Shown here: piece by piece, positions 41,491-52,587 of the stretch
Position numbering within the stretch: position 1 is the first letter of the stretch
How the letters are laid out: every line of letters begins with the position of its first letter
DNA from: Opitutales bacterium
Lineage (GTDB): Bacteria; Verrucomicrobiota; Verrucomicrobiia; Opitutales; UBA2987
Direction of reading: 5' to 3'
NCBI GenBank assembly: GCA_965226885.1
Contig: CBDDEL010000015.1
Span: 32,001-96,000, forward strand
DNA: 64,000 nucleotides
Position numbers and translations under genes: made by a program
Notes under the pieces: model-generated
Seen by the model: the letters and a program-made list of their open reading frames with translations, nothing else
Told to the model about the DNA's origin: nothing
Databases searched by the model: none

Positions 41491-42798
41491 ATGTTTCCAC
41501 AGGATATCATTAGAAAAAAACGGGACGGGGGCGCCCTTAGCCGGGAGGAAATCGAAATTTTTATCGATGGCGTTGTTCATCAGGGTTTTGCGGATTATCA
41601 GGCCTCAGCGCTTCTTATGGCCATATTCCTGAATGGCATGACGGCCCGGGAAACGGCTTGGTTGACCGCTGCCATGATGAACTCCGGTGAGGTCGTCGAC
41701 CTCAGTCAGATCGACCGGCCCAAGGCCGACAAGCACTCCACCGGCGGAGTGGGTGATAAAGTATCCCTTATTTTGGCCCCCCTGGCCGCTTCGGCGGGAC
41801 TCTGCGTTCCCATGATAAGCGGGCGGGGTCTGGGTCACACAGGAGGAACCCTGGATAAACTCGAAGCCATTCCGGGATTCAATGTGAATCTCGGCATCCC
41901 GGAATTCAAACGCCTTCTGTCGGAAATCGGCGTGGCCATGATCGGGCAAACGGAAAATCTGGTTCCGGCGGATCGGAAGCTTTACGCCCTTCGCGATGTT
42001 ACGGCCACCGTTTCCAGCATTCCTCTCATTTGCGGCAGCATCATGAGCAAAAAACTGGCCGAGGGGACCGATTCGCTCGTTCTCGACGTCAAGTTCGGGG
42101 CCGGGGCCTTTATGAAAACCGCGGAGGCGGCTCGGGAACTGGCCCAGAGCATGGTGGACATCGGCAAAGAGATGAACCGCAACACGGTGGCGCTGCTGAC
42201 CGCCATGAACCAGCCTCTGGGTCGCAAATGCGGCAATGCTTTGGAAGTTATGGAATCCATCGAGTGTCTTCAGGGTGAGGGGCCCGACGACCTTATGGAG
42301 GTGACTTTGGCGCTTACATCTCAAATGATGGTTTGCGGCGGTTTATCCTCAAGCCGGGAGGAGGCCGAAGCGATTTTGAGGGGGAAAATAGAATCCGGCC
42401 AGGCGCTGGAATTTTTTTTGAAAATGGTAAAGGCCCAAGGTGGCGACCCACGCGTAGTTGACGATTTTACGATTTTGCCTTCCGCCTCCGATATTGTGGA
42501 CATACGCTGCCAAGGGGAAGGCGGTTTTGTGAGCGAAGTGCACGCCCTCAAAATCGGCCATGCCCTCATGATTTTGGGGGCGGGGCGGGAATGTGTCGAT
42601 TCGGTTCTCGATTTGGCGGTGGGCATCAGTGATTTGGTCAAAGTCGGCCAGGCAATTGAGGCCGGGGATATTCTGTGTCGTTTGCATTTCAACAAACCGG
42701 AGAGCCGGGAGCCCGCAGAGAGGCTGATTCGGGAGGCCATCAAAGTGCAATCGGCCCCCCCCCAGCCGGAAAAACTTATTCTCGATTTTATTTCCTGA
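41491..42798 (+). CDS. pdp: Pyrimidine-nucleoside/thymidine phosphorylase
   Basis: IIRKKRDG, DKHSTGGVGDK, SGRGLGHTGGTLDKLE, SIMSKK. Confidence 0.95.
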   Translation: MFPQDIIRKKRDGGALSREEIEIFIDGVVHQGFADYQASALLMAIFLNGMTARETAWLTAAMMNSGEVVDLSQIDRPKADKHSTGGVGDKVSLILAPLAASAGLCVPMISGRGLGHTGGTLDKLEAIPGFNVNLGIPEFKRLLSEIGVAMIGQTENLVPADRKLYALRDVTATVSSIPLICGSIMSKKLAEGTDSLVLDVKFGAGAFMKTAEAARELAQSMVDIGKEMNRNTVALLTAMNQPLGRKCGNALEVMESIECLQGEGPDDLMEVTLALTSQMMVCGGLSSSREEAEAILRGKIESGQALEFFLKMVKAQGGDPRVVDDFTILPSASDIVDIRCQGEGGFVSEVHALKIGHALMILGAGRECVDSVLDLAVGISDLVKVGQAIEAGDILCRLHFNKPESREPAERLIREAIKVQSAPPQPEKLILDFIS

Positions 42799-42819
42799 AC
42801 CTGAGCAGAGGACATTCAC

Positions 42820-43635
42820 ATGCAGTCAGCCATCGAATTTATTCAATCGAAAATTAACGATTTCAGGCCATCAACCGGTCTGGTTCTGGGCTCCGGCCTG
42901 GGTTTTTTTGCGGATGACCGCGTGAAAGAAACCATCGTTATTCCCTACGGGGAAATCCCCAACTTTCCCCGTTCCACGGTGGCGGGGCACAAGGGCCAAT
43001 TCGTTTTCGGCCAGGTGGGCGGCCATAAGGTGGTCTGTATGCAGGGGCGTTTCCATTATTACGAAGGCTATCCCATGAGCGAGTTGATCAAGCCGATTCG
43101 CATTATGGCCAAGCTTGGAGTAAAGACGCTGATCGTTACCAATGCGGCGGGGGGCATCAATCGCAGTTTTGACGAAGGCACCCTCATGCTGATTACCGAC
43201 CACATCAATTTTCTGGGCGACAATCCTCTTATCGGACCTAATGATGATTCCCTGGGAACTCGTTTTCCCGATATGTCCACCGCTTACGATCCAGAACTGA
43301 GGGCGCGGGCAGAGGCGGTTGCGGGCGAGCTTGGCATTGCCGTGGCCAAGGGCGTTTATTTGGCTGCGACCGGTCCTTCTTATGAAACTCCGGCCGAAAT
43401 CCGGGCTTTCGAAACCCTGGGAGCGGACGCCGTCGGCATGTCCACCGTGCCTGAATGCATTGCCGCCAACCATGCCGGACTGAAGGTGTGCGGCATCTCC
43501 TGCATCACCAACAAGGCGGCAGGCATTTCCAGTAAACCCCTTTCACATGACGAAGTGGCCGAAGTGGCCGGACGGGTGAGGAACCAGTTCGCCGATTTGC
43601 TGGAACATTTGATTCCCGCCTTCAATGCCTCCTGA
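42820..43635 (+). CDS. punA: Purine-nucleoside phosphorylase (trimeric type)
   Basis: VLGSGLG, QGRFHYYEG, TNAAGG, GPSYETPAE, VGMSTVPE, TNKAAG. Confidence 0.95.
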   Translation: MQSAIEFIQSKINDFRPSTGLVLGSGLGFFADDRVKETIVIPYGEIPNFPRSTVAGHKGQFVFGQVGGHKVVCMQGRFHYYEGYPMSELIKPIRIMAKLGVKTLIVTNAAGGINRSFDEGTLMLITDHINFLGDNPLIGPNDDSLGTRFPDMSTAYDPELRARAEAVAGELGIAVAKGVYLAATGPSYETPAEIRAFETLGADAVGMSTVPECIAANHAGLKVCGISCITNKAAGISSKPLSHDEVAEVAGRVRNQFADLLEHLIPAFNAS

Positions 43636-43650
43636 TCGGACTTTTTAAAA

Positions 43651-45003
43651 ATGCCCTTAAGAACCATGGCCCGATTGATTACCCTGGATGAAAAGATTGG
43701 TCCTGGCACGGCCTTGGTGTGTGGCGTCCAGCATGTCCTCGCCATGTTTGTCGGTATTATCACGCCACCCCTCATTATTGGCGGGGCTCTTGGTCTCTCG
43801 AGAGCGGACGCCGCCTTTTTGGTCAGCATGGCGCTGTTTACGTCGGGCGTAACGACTTATGTTCAGGTGCGGCGTTTTGGAGGCATCGGTTCTGGATTGC
43901 TAAGTGTGCAGGGAACCAGTTTTACCTTTGTCCCCCTGGCCCTGGAAGCGGGCAGGGCGGGCGGCATATCCCTCATCCTCGGCCTGACCATGCTTTGCGC
44001 TCCCGTGGAAATCGTTTTAAGCCGCTTTATTGGGTTGATGCGTAAACTATTCCCGCCCGTGGTGACGGGCTCAGTTATCATGATCATCGGGTTCAGCCTG
44101 ATACGGGTCGGCATGTTCGATCTCGCTGGCGGAGTGGGGGCGGAAGATTTCGGTTCTTTTAAAAATATCGCCATGGGATTTTTTGTCATGGCGGTGATTT
44201 TGATTTTCAACATTTTCGGTAATGGGTTCCTGCGCATTATCTCGATTGCCCTGGGGCTGGTTACAGGCTACATTCTTGCCGCCCTGCTGGGCTGGATCGA
44301 TTTTACAGCCGTCCGGCAAGCGGAGCTTTTTACATTCCCCACGCCCCTTTATTTCGGGCTCGATTTCAATTTGATTTACCTGTTTCCGTGGATTGTGGGT
44401 TACGCCGTTACTTCCATCGAATCAATCGGCGACCTCACGGCCACCTCCACCGTTTCCAAGGAACCTGTCAAGGGCTCCGTTTACATCAAACGCTTAAAAG
44501 GAGGGGTGCTGGCCGATGGATTGGGCAGCATTTTTGCGGGATTCTTCAACGCCATGCCGAACACTACTTTTTCGCAAAACAACGGTGTCATCAAACTGAC
44601 CGGTGTGGCCTCCCGGCGGGTCGGACTGGTGGTGGCCCTTCTTCTTACCCTGCTAGGGCTGTTTCCACAAATCGCAGCTGTTATCAGCATTATGCCGAAG
44701 TCCGTTTTGGGGGGCGCCACCATCGTGTTATTTGCAACCGTCGCGGTGGCCGGTTTGCGACTGGTGATCACGGACGGTTTGACTGCTCGCAAAGAAATCA
44801 TCCTGACCATCACCCTGGCATTGGCCCTGGGAACGACCATGGTACCGGAAGCCTTTGCCGGAATGGATAGCTTTGGCGGAGGTAATGCGTTTCTACAGGG
44901 AGTTTTCGGTTCGGTAAAAATCGTCCTTCAATCCGGAGTCGCCGTAGCCGGAATCACTGCCACTGCACTTAATCTAGTACTCCCCAAAGAGAAAATCGAG
45001 TAA
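43651..45003 (+). CDS. Nucleobase:cation symporter-2 (xanthine/uracil permease family)
   Basis: QHVLAM, ESIGD, NCS2 signature FSQNNGVIKLTGVASR, many TM helices. Confidence 0.94.
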   Translation: MPLRTMARLITLDEKIGPGTALVCGVQHVLAMFVGIITPPLIIGGALGLSRADAAFLVSMALFTSGVTTYVQVRRFGGIGSGLLSVQGTSFTFVPLALEAGRAGGISLILGLTMLCAPVEIVLSRFIGLMRKLFPPVVTGSVIMIIGFSLIRVGMFDLAGGVGAEDFGSFKNIAMGFFVMAVILIFNIFGNGFLRIISIALGLVTGYILAALLGWIDFTAVRQAELFTFPTPLYFGLDFNLIYLFPWIVGYAVTSIESIGDLTATSTVSKEPVKGSVYIKRLKGGVLADGLGSIFAGFFNAMPNTTFSQNNGVIKLTGVASRRVGLVVALLLTLLGLFPQIAAVISIMPKSVLGGATIVLFATVAVAGLRLVITDGLTARKEIILTITLALALGTTMVPEAFAGMDSFGGGNAFLQGVFGSVKIVLQSGVAVAGITATALNLVLPKEKIE

Positions 45004-45298
45004 TTGGACCGAAAATAAATATTGAAGATAAAGAAGTGCGAAAAATTCTGGACGCTACCACTGCTGGTGGCCAAATCGCTCCAAGCTATTGCGTCTCCCT
45101 GAGAGGCCACATTATATTCTTCAAATCATTACTGGCCGTTTAACTGGACAGTAGTTGGCGGATAACTCAAATTTGTCAGGTCAAGTTGTGGCTACTACAC
45201 TTGATTCATTAATTCAGATGATTTAATGACTTCACGGGGTCGTTCATTCCGGCATTCGTTTGGCGAGTGCGGCTGTTTTTTGGACTGCTAAATATTAT

Positions 45299-46270
45299 TC
45301 ATTTATTGGTTTGTCCGGAGTAATATTCTCCGGTGCAGGTGATACCGCATTGGGGCTCGTGGTCGTTGAGGATGAGGAGAGTCTTGAGGACGATGGGACC
45401 GGTTCCTTGGGCGATTTTGTCGCCTGCACCCATTTCCTCATCGCGTGTGAAGGGGCGGACGCCTTCGGCCGGGTTGGAGATGGCGTTCATAATTGCGAAA
45501 TGCATGCCGAGCTGGCGGGCGTAGATGGCCTCGGTGATGACGTTGTGGGTTACAAGATCGGCCCCGGCGGTGCGGTAGAATCGGATTTCGGCCGGTGTTT
45601 CGTAGCGGCTGGCATCTTCCTGCACGACGACCCCGGTATTGAATACGCGGCCGTTTTTATAGGAATCGACGGCTTGTTGGTAGAGGATGTCGCGGATGTC
45701 CGGGCAAAAGGGCGGGTTATACTTGGCCCGGACGCCCGGGCGCTGGATATTGGCGGCGACGAGCACGCTGGAGGGGCGCTCGAAATTGAAATTCAGGTAA
45801 TCGTCCGCGATGATGAGGTCGCCTATACGGTAGGTGGGCTGGATGCCGCCGCTGGTAGCTCCGCCGATGATATGCGTGACGCCGAGCTGGTGAAAGGCGG
45901 CGAACATGGTGACGAAATTCCCGCCGTCAGTGCGGCTCGCCTCGACATCTGGAAAACCGTGGTAGCGCACATAGTAGAAGGGGACGCCTTGGTAGCGCAT
46001 TTTGTAGATGGTCGGGCTGGTTCCGGCCCCGGTTTCGACGGTGAAACTCTTCTCTGTGGCGGCTTCTCCATCAGCAAAAAACTTGCCTACGTGCCTTCGG
46101 TCAATAGTGGAGCCGCCGATAACAGCGAGTTTAACTACCTCTTCATTTTCACTTTTACCTTCATGATGTGCAGCGGAAAGCATTGGCTGAAGGCCAAGGC
46201 CAAAACAGGCAACAGCGCAGAAGACGCAAATAAGGGCAAATTTCCAGGCGGCGGACATTTTTAGTTTCAT
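45299..46270 (-). CDS. MTAP-like nucleoside phosphorylase-fold protein with an N-terminal signal peptide
   Basis: GGAGG RBS before ATG 46270. Hydrophobic leader, AVIGGS, PFCPDIR, RYETPAEI, GADLV, SNPAEG. Confidence 0.8.
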   Translation of the reverse strand: MKLKMSAAWKFALICVFCAVACFGLGLQPMLSAAHHEGKSENEEVVKLAVIGGSTIDRRHVGKFFADGEAATEKSFTVETGAGTSPTIYKMRYQGVPFYYVRYHGFPDVEASRTDGGNFVTMFAAFHQLGVTHIIGGATSGGIQPTYRIGDLIIADDYLNFNFERPSSVLVAANIQRPGVRAKYNPPFCPDIRDILYQQAVDSYKNGRVFNTGVVVQEDASRYETPAEIRFYRTAGADLVTHNVITEAIYARQLGMHFAIMNAISNPAEGVRPFTRDEEMGAGDKIAQGTGPIVLKTLLILNDHEPQCGITCTGEYYSGQTNK

Positions 46271-46467
46271 AATATTTACCTCCAAACGATCGTGTTGATA
46301 TTTGGTCAATTAAATTTGCAAGTAAAATACTGCTTAGTTTCTTTATCCGATTATCTTATCAAGTCAATGACCACACTGGAGGGTTGACTGAAGGACCATA
46401 CATTATTGGTTGAAACTTTTACCCGGCATCTCAATTCTTCGAGGATGCCCTTGATAGAAGAACCCTT

Positions 46468-47439
46468 TTGAGGCCCACAGAACCGGTATCCAGCTTGGAC
46501 ATTCTCATCATCAAACCGTCCTCACTAGGGGATATTGTGCATGGCTTGCAGGCGGCTCAGGCGATTCGCAGGCAGATGCCGGACTGCCGCATTTCCTGGG
46601 TGGTGCGGGAGGTCTTTTTCCCACTGGTGCGCTCCTGCCAGGCTGTCGATGAGTGTTTTTTGTTTTATCGCCATCGAGGAGTTGCCGGATTTGGCAAGCT
46701 CCTTTGGCAGATTCGACGGCAGCGGTTTGATGTTGTCTTGGAGATGCAAGGCTTGGCCCGTTCCGGTTTGATCGCTCTGGCCACTCACGCTGAGAGAAAG
46801 ATTAGGCGAACCGATGCCCGGGAATTGTCCGCCTTGGCCTGCAATGAACGCATCACCTTGCCCGAGGCCGGTAAAGAGGCCCATGCGGTGGAAATTCTGT
46901 TCCAGTTTCTTCCTGCCATCGGGTGCGAACCGGTTATCCACGGGCCGCTGGAATTTCGCCAGCCGGTGATTCGCAGCTTCGACCCGGAGGCGCTGGAGGG
47001 TGAACCGGTAGTGATTTTTTTAGAAAACCGCCGTGAGGAAAAACAATGGCCCTATTTCATGAGTCTGGTCGAAACTTTGACCGAGAAGTACCCGAAAATT
47101 CCGATTATTTTGGCCGGTTCTGAAACCATGCAGAACATGGGGGACTTGTCCGGTAATGAAAATTTGAACAATCTGATGGGCATTACGGCCATCGACGAAC
47201 TGATTCCCCTGATCTCGAAAGCGCGCCTCGTTATCGCCAATGACAGCGGACCGATGCACCTGGCGGCGGCTATTGGAACACCGGTCCTCGCTCTTTTCGG
47301 ACCAACCGACCCCAAACGTTTTGGTCCCTTCCCGCTCATCAAAGAGTCCAACCACATCCTCACGGCGCGAGGGGGCGATCTCTCAAAACTGACAGTCGAT
47401 GCGGTATTCGAGAAGGTCGAAACGATTTTGTCAGGTTGA
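46468..47439 (+). CDS. Glycosyltransferase family 9 (LPS heptosyltransferase-like)
   Basis: IIKPSSLGDIVH, NDSGPMHLAAA, ALFGPT. Start approximate. Confidence 0.92.
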   Translation: MRPTEPVSSLDILIIKPSSLGDIVHGLQAAQAIRRQMPDCRISWVVREVFFPLVRSCQAVDECFLFYRHRGVAGFGKLLWQIRRQRFDVVLEMQGLARSGLIALATHAERKIRRTDARELSALACNERITLPEAGKEAHAVEILFQFLPAIGCEPVIHGPLEFRQPVIRSFDPEALEGEPVVIFLENRREEKQWPYFMSLVETLTEKYPKIPIILAGSETMQNMGDLSGNENLNNLMGITAIDELIPLISKARLVIANDSGPMHLAAAIGTPVLALFGPTDPKRFGPFPLIKESNHILTARGGDLSKLTVDAVFEKVETILSG

Positions 47440-47496
47440 GTATAAGTTAAGTGATTGATTTTTTAACCATATAGGCCCAAAAACTCTCCCTTTGCC

Positions 47497-48771
47497 ATGA
47501 TTGACCTGAAACTATTAAGAGAGCATCCTGAGCAAGTGCGCGAAGCGATGCGGGTAAAAAAATTTGCCTGTGATATCGACACTATTCTTGCGCTGGATGG
47601 GGAAAGGCGATCCATCGTGACCCGCGCGGAGGAGGCCCGCAGGAAGCAAAAGTCGGCCAGCTCGGAAGTGGCCGGACTGCCCAAGGGTTCCCCCGAATTC
47701 CTCGATAAAATCAGGCAAATGAAGGAATTGGCGGGCCAGGTTAAGGAATTACAGAAACAACAGCAGGAGGTGGATGAAAAATGGAAAAACCTTTTGCTGA
47801 CGGTTCCCAACATTCCCCACGAATCCGTCCCTGAGGGGAAAGATGAGCAGGGTAATCAGATTGTCAAAACCTGGGGCAGCCCGGCAGAAGTTTCCGCCCA
47901 CGCTCTTCCTCATTACGACCTGCCGTTTTTTCAAAAATACGTCGATTTGCCCGGTGGAGCCAAGGTGACGGGAGCGGGTTTCCCCTTTTTCATCGGGCCG
48001 ATGTCCCGATTGGTGAGGGCGCTTATCCGTTTTTTTCTGGAAGAGGCCACTGCCGCCGGTTATGTGGAAATCATGCCGCCCCTAATGGTCAATGCGGCCA
48101 GCGCCACCGCAACCTGCCAATTGCCTGACAAGGAAGGGCAAATGTATGAAATTCCCGATTCGGGTTTTTACCTCATTCCCACCGCCGAGGTGCCTGTAAC
48201 CAACCTCTACCGCGACACCACTTTCGATATCGCCGACTTGCCCAAAAACTGTGTGGCCTACACTCCCTGTTTCCGGCGCGAGGCGGGCAGTTATGGCAAA
48301 GAAGTCCGAGGGCTTAACCGGGTTCATCAATTCGACAAAGTGGAGTTAGTTAAATGGGTTGCACCGGAAAACAGTGAAGACGCACTGGAAGCACTGCGGG
48401 AAGACGCGGAGCGGCTTTTGCGTAAATTGGAGCTTCCTTACCGGCTCCTTCTTATGTGCGCTGGAGAAATTGGGTTTCCCCATGCCAAGCAGTACGATCT
48501 GGAAGTTTGGGCGGGCGGCCAAAAGAGGTGGCTGGAGGTTTCCAGTTGCAGCAATTTTACCGATTTCCAGGCCCGCCGGGCCAACATCCGATTTCGGGGG
48601 AGAGACGGGAAACCGCACCATGTGCACACCCTCAACGCCTCTGCCTTAGCGCTCCCACGGACCATCGCGGCCCTTCTCGAGAATAATGCGCAGGAGGATG
48701 GCCGGATTCGATTGCCGGAGGCCCTCATTCCCTATTACGGGGAGGAATATCTTGCCTGCCTGACTGACTGA
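47497..48771 (+). CDS. serS: Serine--tRNA ligase
   Basis: YLIPTAEVP, FRREAG, GLNRVHQFDKVE, EVSSCSN, HTLN. Confidence 0.97.
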   Translation: MIDLKLLREHPEQVREAMRVKKFACDIDTILALDGERRSIVTRAEEARRKQKSASSEVAGLPKGSPEFLDKIRQMKELAGQVKELQKQQQEVDEKWKNLLLTVPNIPHESVPEGKDEQGNQIVKTWGSPAEVSAHALPHYDLPFFQKYVDLPGGAKVTGAGFPFFIGPMSRLVRALIRFFLEEATAAGYVEIMPPLMVNAASATATCQLPDKEGQMYEIPDSGFYLIPTAEVPVTNLYRDTTFDIADLPKNCVAYTPCFRREAGSYGKEVRGLNRVHQFDKVELVKWVAPENSEDALEALREDAERLLRKLELPYRLLLMCAGEIGFPHAKQYDLEVWAGGQKRWLEVSSCSNFTDFQARRANIRFRGRDGKPHHVHTLNASALALPRTIAALLENNAQEDGRIRLPEALIPYYGEEYLACLTD

Positions 48772-48780
48772 TTGATCGAA

Positions 48781-50232
48781 ATGAAAAAGAGGGATTGGCC
48801 GGCGCTGGCCCAGGCCTTGGGTGAAGTTTTATTGCGAAACCGCCTGCACCCGACCGTTTTAGCCTGGCTTGAGCGGAAGGGCGCATCCACTCCCTGGGCA
48901 TTGGCCTGTTCGGGGGGGGCGGACTCATTGTGTATGGTTCTGCTGCTTTTCAACCATTTTTCCGATTACCGGAAAAACATGCACATTTTCCATTTCAATC
49001 ACCTGCTGCGGGGCTCGGAGTCGGATGAGGACGAGGCATTTGTCCGCGATCTAGCCGAGGGATTGGGGCTGAAATTTCACTCCGCAAGGTGGGACCATCC
49101 TCCTCAAAATGCCTCCGGGGCTGGGCCTGCGCGGGAGACCAGATTTCAATTTTTTAGCGATGCCATGACGAAAATCGGCTCCGAAATTCTTTTTTTGGGG
49201 CACCAGTTGGAGGATGTGGCCGAATCGATTTTGCTCAGGGTAGGACGGGGCAGTGGCGCAGGCGGCCTGGCTGCCCCGCGCCCGGCGCACACATTTCGAA
49301 GCGGAAAAGTCCACCTTCGCCCCCTCCTGAAGGTGGAGAAAAAGGAAATCACCGAGGCATTGACAAAGGCGGGCATCAAGTGGAGGGAAGATGTCTCCAA
49401 CCGGAGCGGAAAATACACCCGCAACCGCCTCCGCCGGGACGTTTTACCAGCCTGGCAGGAAGCCATACCTCAGGATGTTTTGGAGGGCGCCGCCCGAGTT
49501 CGCGCCCTTGCCGAGGAGGACGAAGTAGCTCTCAATCAATGGTTGGAATCCCTACTTCCGGGGGGAAAAAAGAGGGAGGAACTCGATCTCCGTTCCCTCT
49601 TCGGAATGCCGTCTGCCCTATGGCGGCGAGCCTTCCACAATTTTTTGATAATCAATAGCTTGGAGAAAACCTTCAGCGGCCCGGAAATCGATCGCTGGGT
49701 TGCCGACCTGGCCCTAAACCGAGATAAAAGTTCCAGCGCTGGAAAAACGGGCTTCATTGAATATCGAGAGGGCCGACTTCTTTTTTTCAACCGGCCCAAG
49801 ACCAAACCCGATTGGCCGCCGGTGCGAATTCCTGTCGGAGCGACGCTGTTTTGGCCGGATTCGGGTATATTAAGCATCGAAACCCTCTCTATTTCTTTGA
49901 AACAACGAAAAGCCATCCTGGGCGGAAAAATTGATCAACGTAGCCAGGCTTGCCTGGAGGCTGGGGACGGTAAAATGACCCACCTACAGGTTCGCCGCTG
50001 GGAAAAGGGTGATCGTTACCAGCCCTTGGGCGCTCCCGGAAGGCGAAAATTGCAGGATTTGTTCACCGATCGGAAAATACTTGCTTTGGAACGAAAAAAC
50101 CTTCCCGTTGTCTGCGATGATCAGGGTGATATTCTTTGGGTTCCCGGGCTGCCGCCCGCCGATGCCTTTAAAATTACCGAGAATACCGTTCTTTCTATAA
50201 GATTGACTTATGCAAAGCCATCCACAGCCTGA
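48781..50232 (+). CDS. tilS: tRNA(Ile)-lysidine synthetase
   Basis: ACSGGADS PP-loop, HFNHLLRG, RPLL, W-x-ED-x-SN, RNRLR, C-terminal KLQDLFTD. Directly upstream of ftsH. Confidence 0.93.
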   Translation: MKKRDWPALAQALGEVLLRNRLHPTVLAWLERKGASTPWALACSGGADSLCMVLLLFNHFSDYRKNMHIFHFNHLLRGSESDEDEAFVRDLAEGLGLKFHSARWDHPPQNASGAGPARETRFQFFSDAMTKIGSEILFLGHQLEDVAESILLRVGRGSGAGGLAAPRPAHTFRSGKVHLRPLLKVEKKEITEALTKAGIKWREDVSNRSGKYTRNRLRRDVLPAWQEAIPQDVLEGAARVRALAEEDEVALNQWLESLLPGGKKREELDLRSLFGMPSALWRRAFHNFLIINSLEKTFSGPEIDRWVADLALNRDKSSSAGKTGFIEYREGRLLFFNRPKTKPDWPPVRIPVGATLFWPDSGILSIETLSISLKQRKAILGGKIDQRSQACLEAGDGKMTHLQVRRWEKGDRYQPLGAPGRRKLQDLFTDRKILALERKNLPVVCDDQGDILWVPGLPPADAFKITENTVLSIRLTYAKPSTA

Positions 50233-50248
50233 ATAGGCAGAAATACGA

Positions 50249-52255
50249 ATGTCAGATAATAAAAAACAACCATCCGGCTCCTCGCCGCAACGCAGTTCCG
50301 CCACGGATCGTTTTAAACCGGTCTTCATCTGGCTTGTGCTCATCGGAGCCCTTTTGAGCTTCTGGTATTTTGGCGACACCCAACCCCGGTCCACCAATGA
50401 CTGGACGATCAAAGATGTCCTGCGGGCAGCCGAGGACGGGCGGATCGCCAAGGGCACGATCAAGTCCGTACCCACCGGGGGCCTGCAATGGACGGAGATC
50501 CGGGTGGTGTTGCAGGAAACCTCCTCCGGCCAGGAGCAGGTCTATGTGGCCAGGGGACGTTTGACGGACGACAACCTGCAGCGTTTGCAGGAAACCGGGC
50601 TTTTCCGGGAAGTTCCTGCCAGCACCTTAATGACGGAAATCCTGGTTACCCTTTTGCCCTTCATCGTCATAATCGGGGTGCTTTATTATCTCTTCACCCG
50701 GCAGTTGCGCATGGCTGGGCGCGGCGCCATGAGCTTTGGCAAAAGCAGGGCCAAAATGCTTACCCGTGAACGTGAAAAAGTGAGATTCAAGGATGTGGCC
50801 GGTTGCGAGGAGGCCAAGGAGGAAGTGTCGGAAATCGTCGAATTCCTCAAAGATCCCAAAAAATTTCAAAAAATCGGAGGGCGCATTCCCAAGGGTGTTT
50901 TGCTGGTCGGCTCCCCCGGAACAGGCAAAACCTTGGTGGCCCGCGCCGTGGCCGGGGAGGCCGAAGTGCCCTTTTTCAGCATCAGCGGTTCGGATTTCGT
51001 GGAAATGTTTGTCGGCGTGGGAGCGGCCCGCGTGCGCGACATGTTCGAGCAAGGGCGTAAAAATGCGCCCTGTATCATCTTTATCGACGAGATCGACGCC
51101 GTGGGACGCACGCGCGGGGCCGGCCTCGGCGGGGGTAACGACGAGCGGGAACAGACCCTTAATTCCCTGCTGGTGGAAATGGATGGCTTCGATTCGCACG
51201 AAGGCGTCATCATCATTGCCGCCACCAACCGGCCGGACGTGCTCGACAATGCCTTGCTGCGTCCCGGACGGTTTGACCGGCAGATTGTCATCGACCTGCC
51301 AGACCTCATCGGGCGGGAGGCCATTCTCAAAGTCCACGCCAAAAAGATCCAAATTTCGGCCGAGGTGGATTTCAATATCATAGCCCGTAACACACCCGGC
51401 TCATCCGGCGCAGACCTGGCCAACCTGCTCAACGAGGCCGCTTTGCTGGCGGCCCGCTACGGCAAGAAGGAGGTCGATATGAGCGACCTGGACGAGGCTC
51501 GCGAAAAAAACCTCTACGGCCGGGAACGCCGTCGGTTGATGGACGACGAGGACAAAAAGATTACGGCTTATCACGAGGCCGGCCACGCCCTCGTGCAGGC
51601 GGTTGTTGACGACGGGCACCTACCCATCCACAAGGTCACCATCATACCGCGTGGGCAAAGTTTGGGCAGCACCATGTTCATGCCCAAAAAAGACATTCTT
51701 AACCATGCCCGTAAGCGCCTCATCAACCAGATCTGCTGCGCCATGGGCGGCCGGGTGGCCGAGGATATTATTTTTGACGACATTACCAGCGGGGCCGCCT
51801 CCGATATCCGCATGGCCACCAAGTTGGCCCGCCACATGGTTTGCGATTGGGGCATGAGCGATCTGGGGCCGGTGGCTTTCGGGGAGAACCAGGATCATAT
51901 ATTCCTGGGTAAGGAAATTGCCCGCAGCCAAAATTACAGCGAAAAGACCGCCCTGGAAATCGACAACGCGATGAGGAAAATCATCGATGGCCAATACGAG
52001 CGCGCCCTGAGCATTGTGAAGGAAAAGAAGGAGGCGTTGGATACCATCGCCGAGGCATTGCTGGAGTACGAAACGATCGAGGGGAAGCATGTGCACGAAA
52101 TCCTCGAAGAAGGGAAAATCATTTCCCCGATAACCAGTAATATTGTGGTCGAAGAAGAAAAAGAAGAGGAGTCTCAGGAGCTACCCAAGGCCGAAGAAAA
52201 ATCTCAGGGAGAGGAACTGGGCCCTGGCCCCGAACCGGCCGGCATGCCCGCCTGA
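50249..52255 (+). CDS. ftsH: ATP-dependent zinc metalloprotease FtsH
   Basis: Two TM helices, [26 protein letters not shown]. Confidence 0.98.
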   Translation: MSDNKKQPSGSSPQRSSATDRFKPVFIWLVLIGALLSFWYFGDTQPRSTNDWTIKDVLRAAEDGRIAKGTIKSVPTGGLQWTEIRVVLQETSSGQEQVYVARGRLTDDNLQRLQETGLFREVPASTLMTEILVTLLPFIVIIGVLYYLFTRQLRMAGRGAMSFGKSRAKMLTREREKVRFKDVAGCEEAKEEVSEIVEFLKDPKKFQKIGGRIPKGVLLVGSPGTGKTLVARAVAGEAEVPFFSISGSDFVEMFVGVGAARVRDMFEQGRKNAPCIIFIDEIDAVGRTRGAGLGGGNDEREQTLNSLLVEMDGFDSHEGVIIIAATNRPDVLDNALLRPGRFDRQIVIDLPDLIGREAILKVHAKKIQISAEVDFNIIARNTPGSSGADLANLLNEAALLAARYGKKEVDMSDLDEAREKNLYGRERRRLMDDEDKKITAYHEAGHALVQAVVDDGHLPIHKVTIIPRGQSLGSTMFMPKKDILNHARKRLINQICCAMGGRVAEDIIFDDITSGAASDIRMATKLARHMVCDWGMSDLGPVAFGENQDHIFLGKEIARSQNYSEKTALEIDNAMRKIIDGQYERALSIVKEKKEALDTIAEALLEYETIEGKHVHEILEEGKIISPITSNIVVEEEKEEESQELPKAEEKSQGEELGPGPEPAGMPA

Positions 52256-52587
52256 ATTTAGGAAACGGCCCACTTTCCAAAATCCTGTCTTCCCTGCTGG
52301 GGGGGTGAGAAGTACTGATTATAATCGTCCCCTGTTCTCCCGTGTGAGATACACTCTCATTATTTTCCGGACGTTTTCGGCATTTTCTCGATCATGCCAT
52401 TTTTAATTCAGTTATTTTTTAAATCCTGGAAGACAATTTCAAGAGCTTTGGGAGATATCTGATGTTGTTTATGGGTAGAATCGAGAAAAACGTCGAAACT
52501 TCCTTCGCCAAGTAATTTCACACGATCTTTAACAATACCCTCATAACTCTTAAATCCGGTTCCACTGAAGCAGCAAGTATCAAATTC

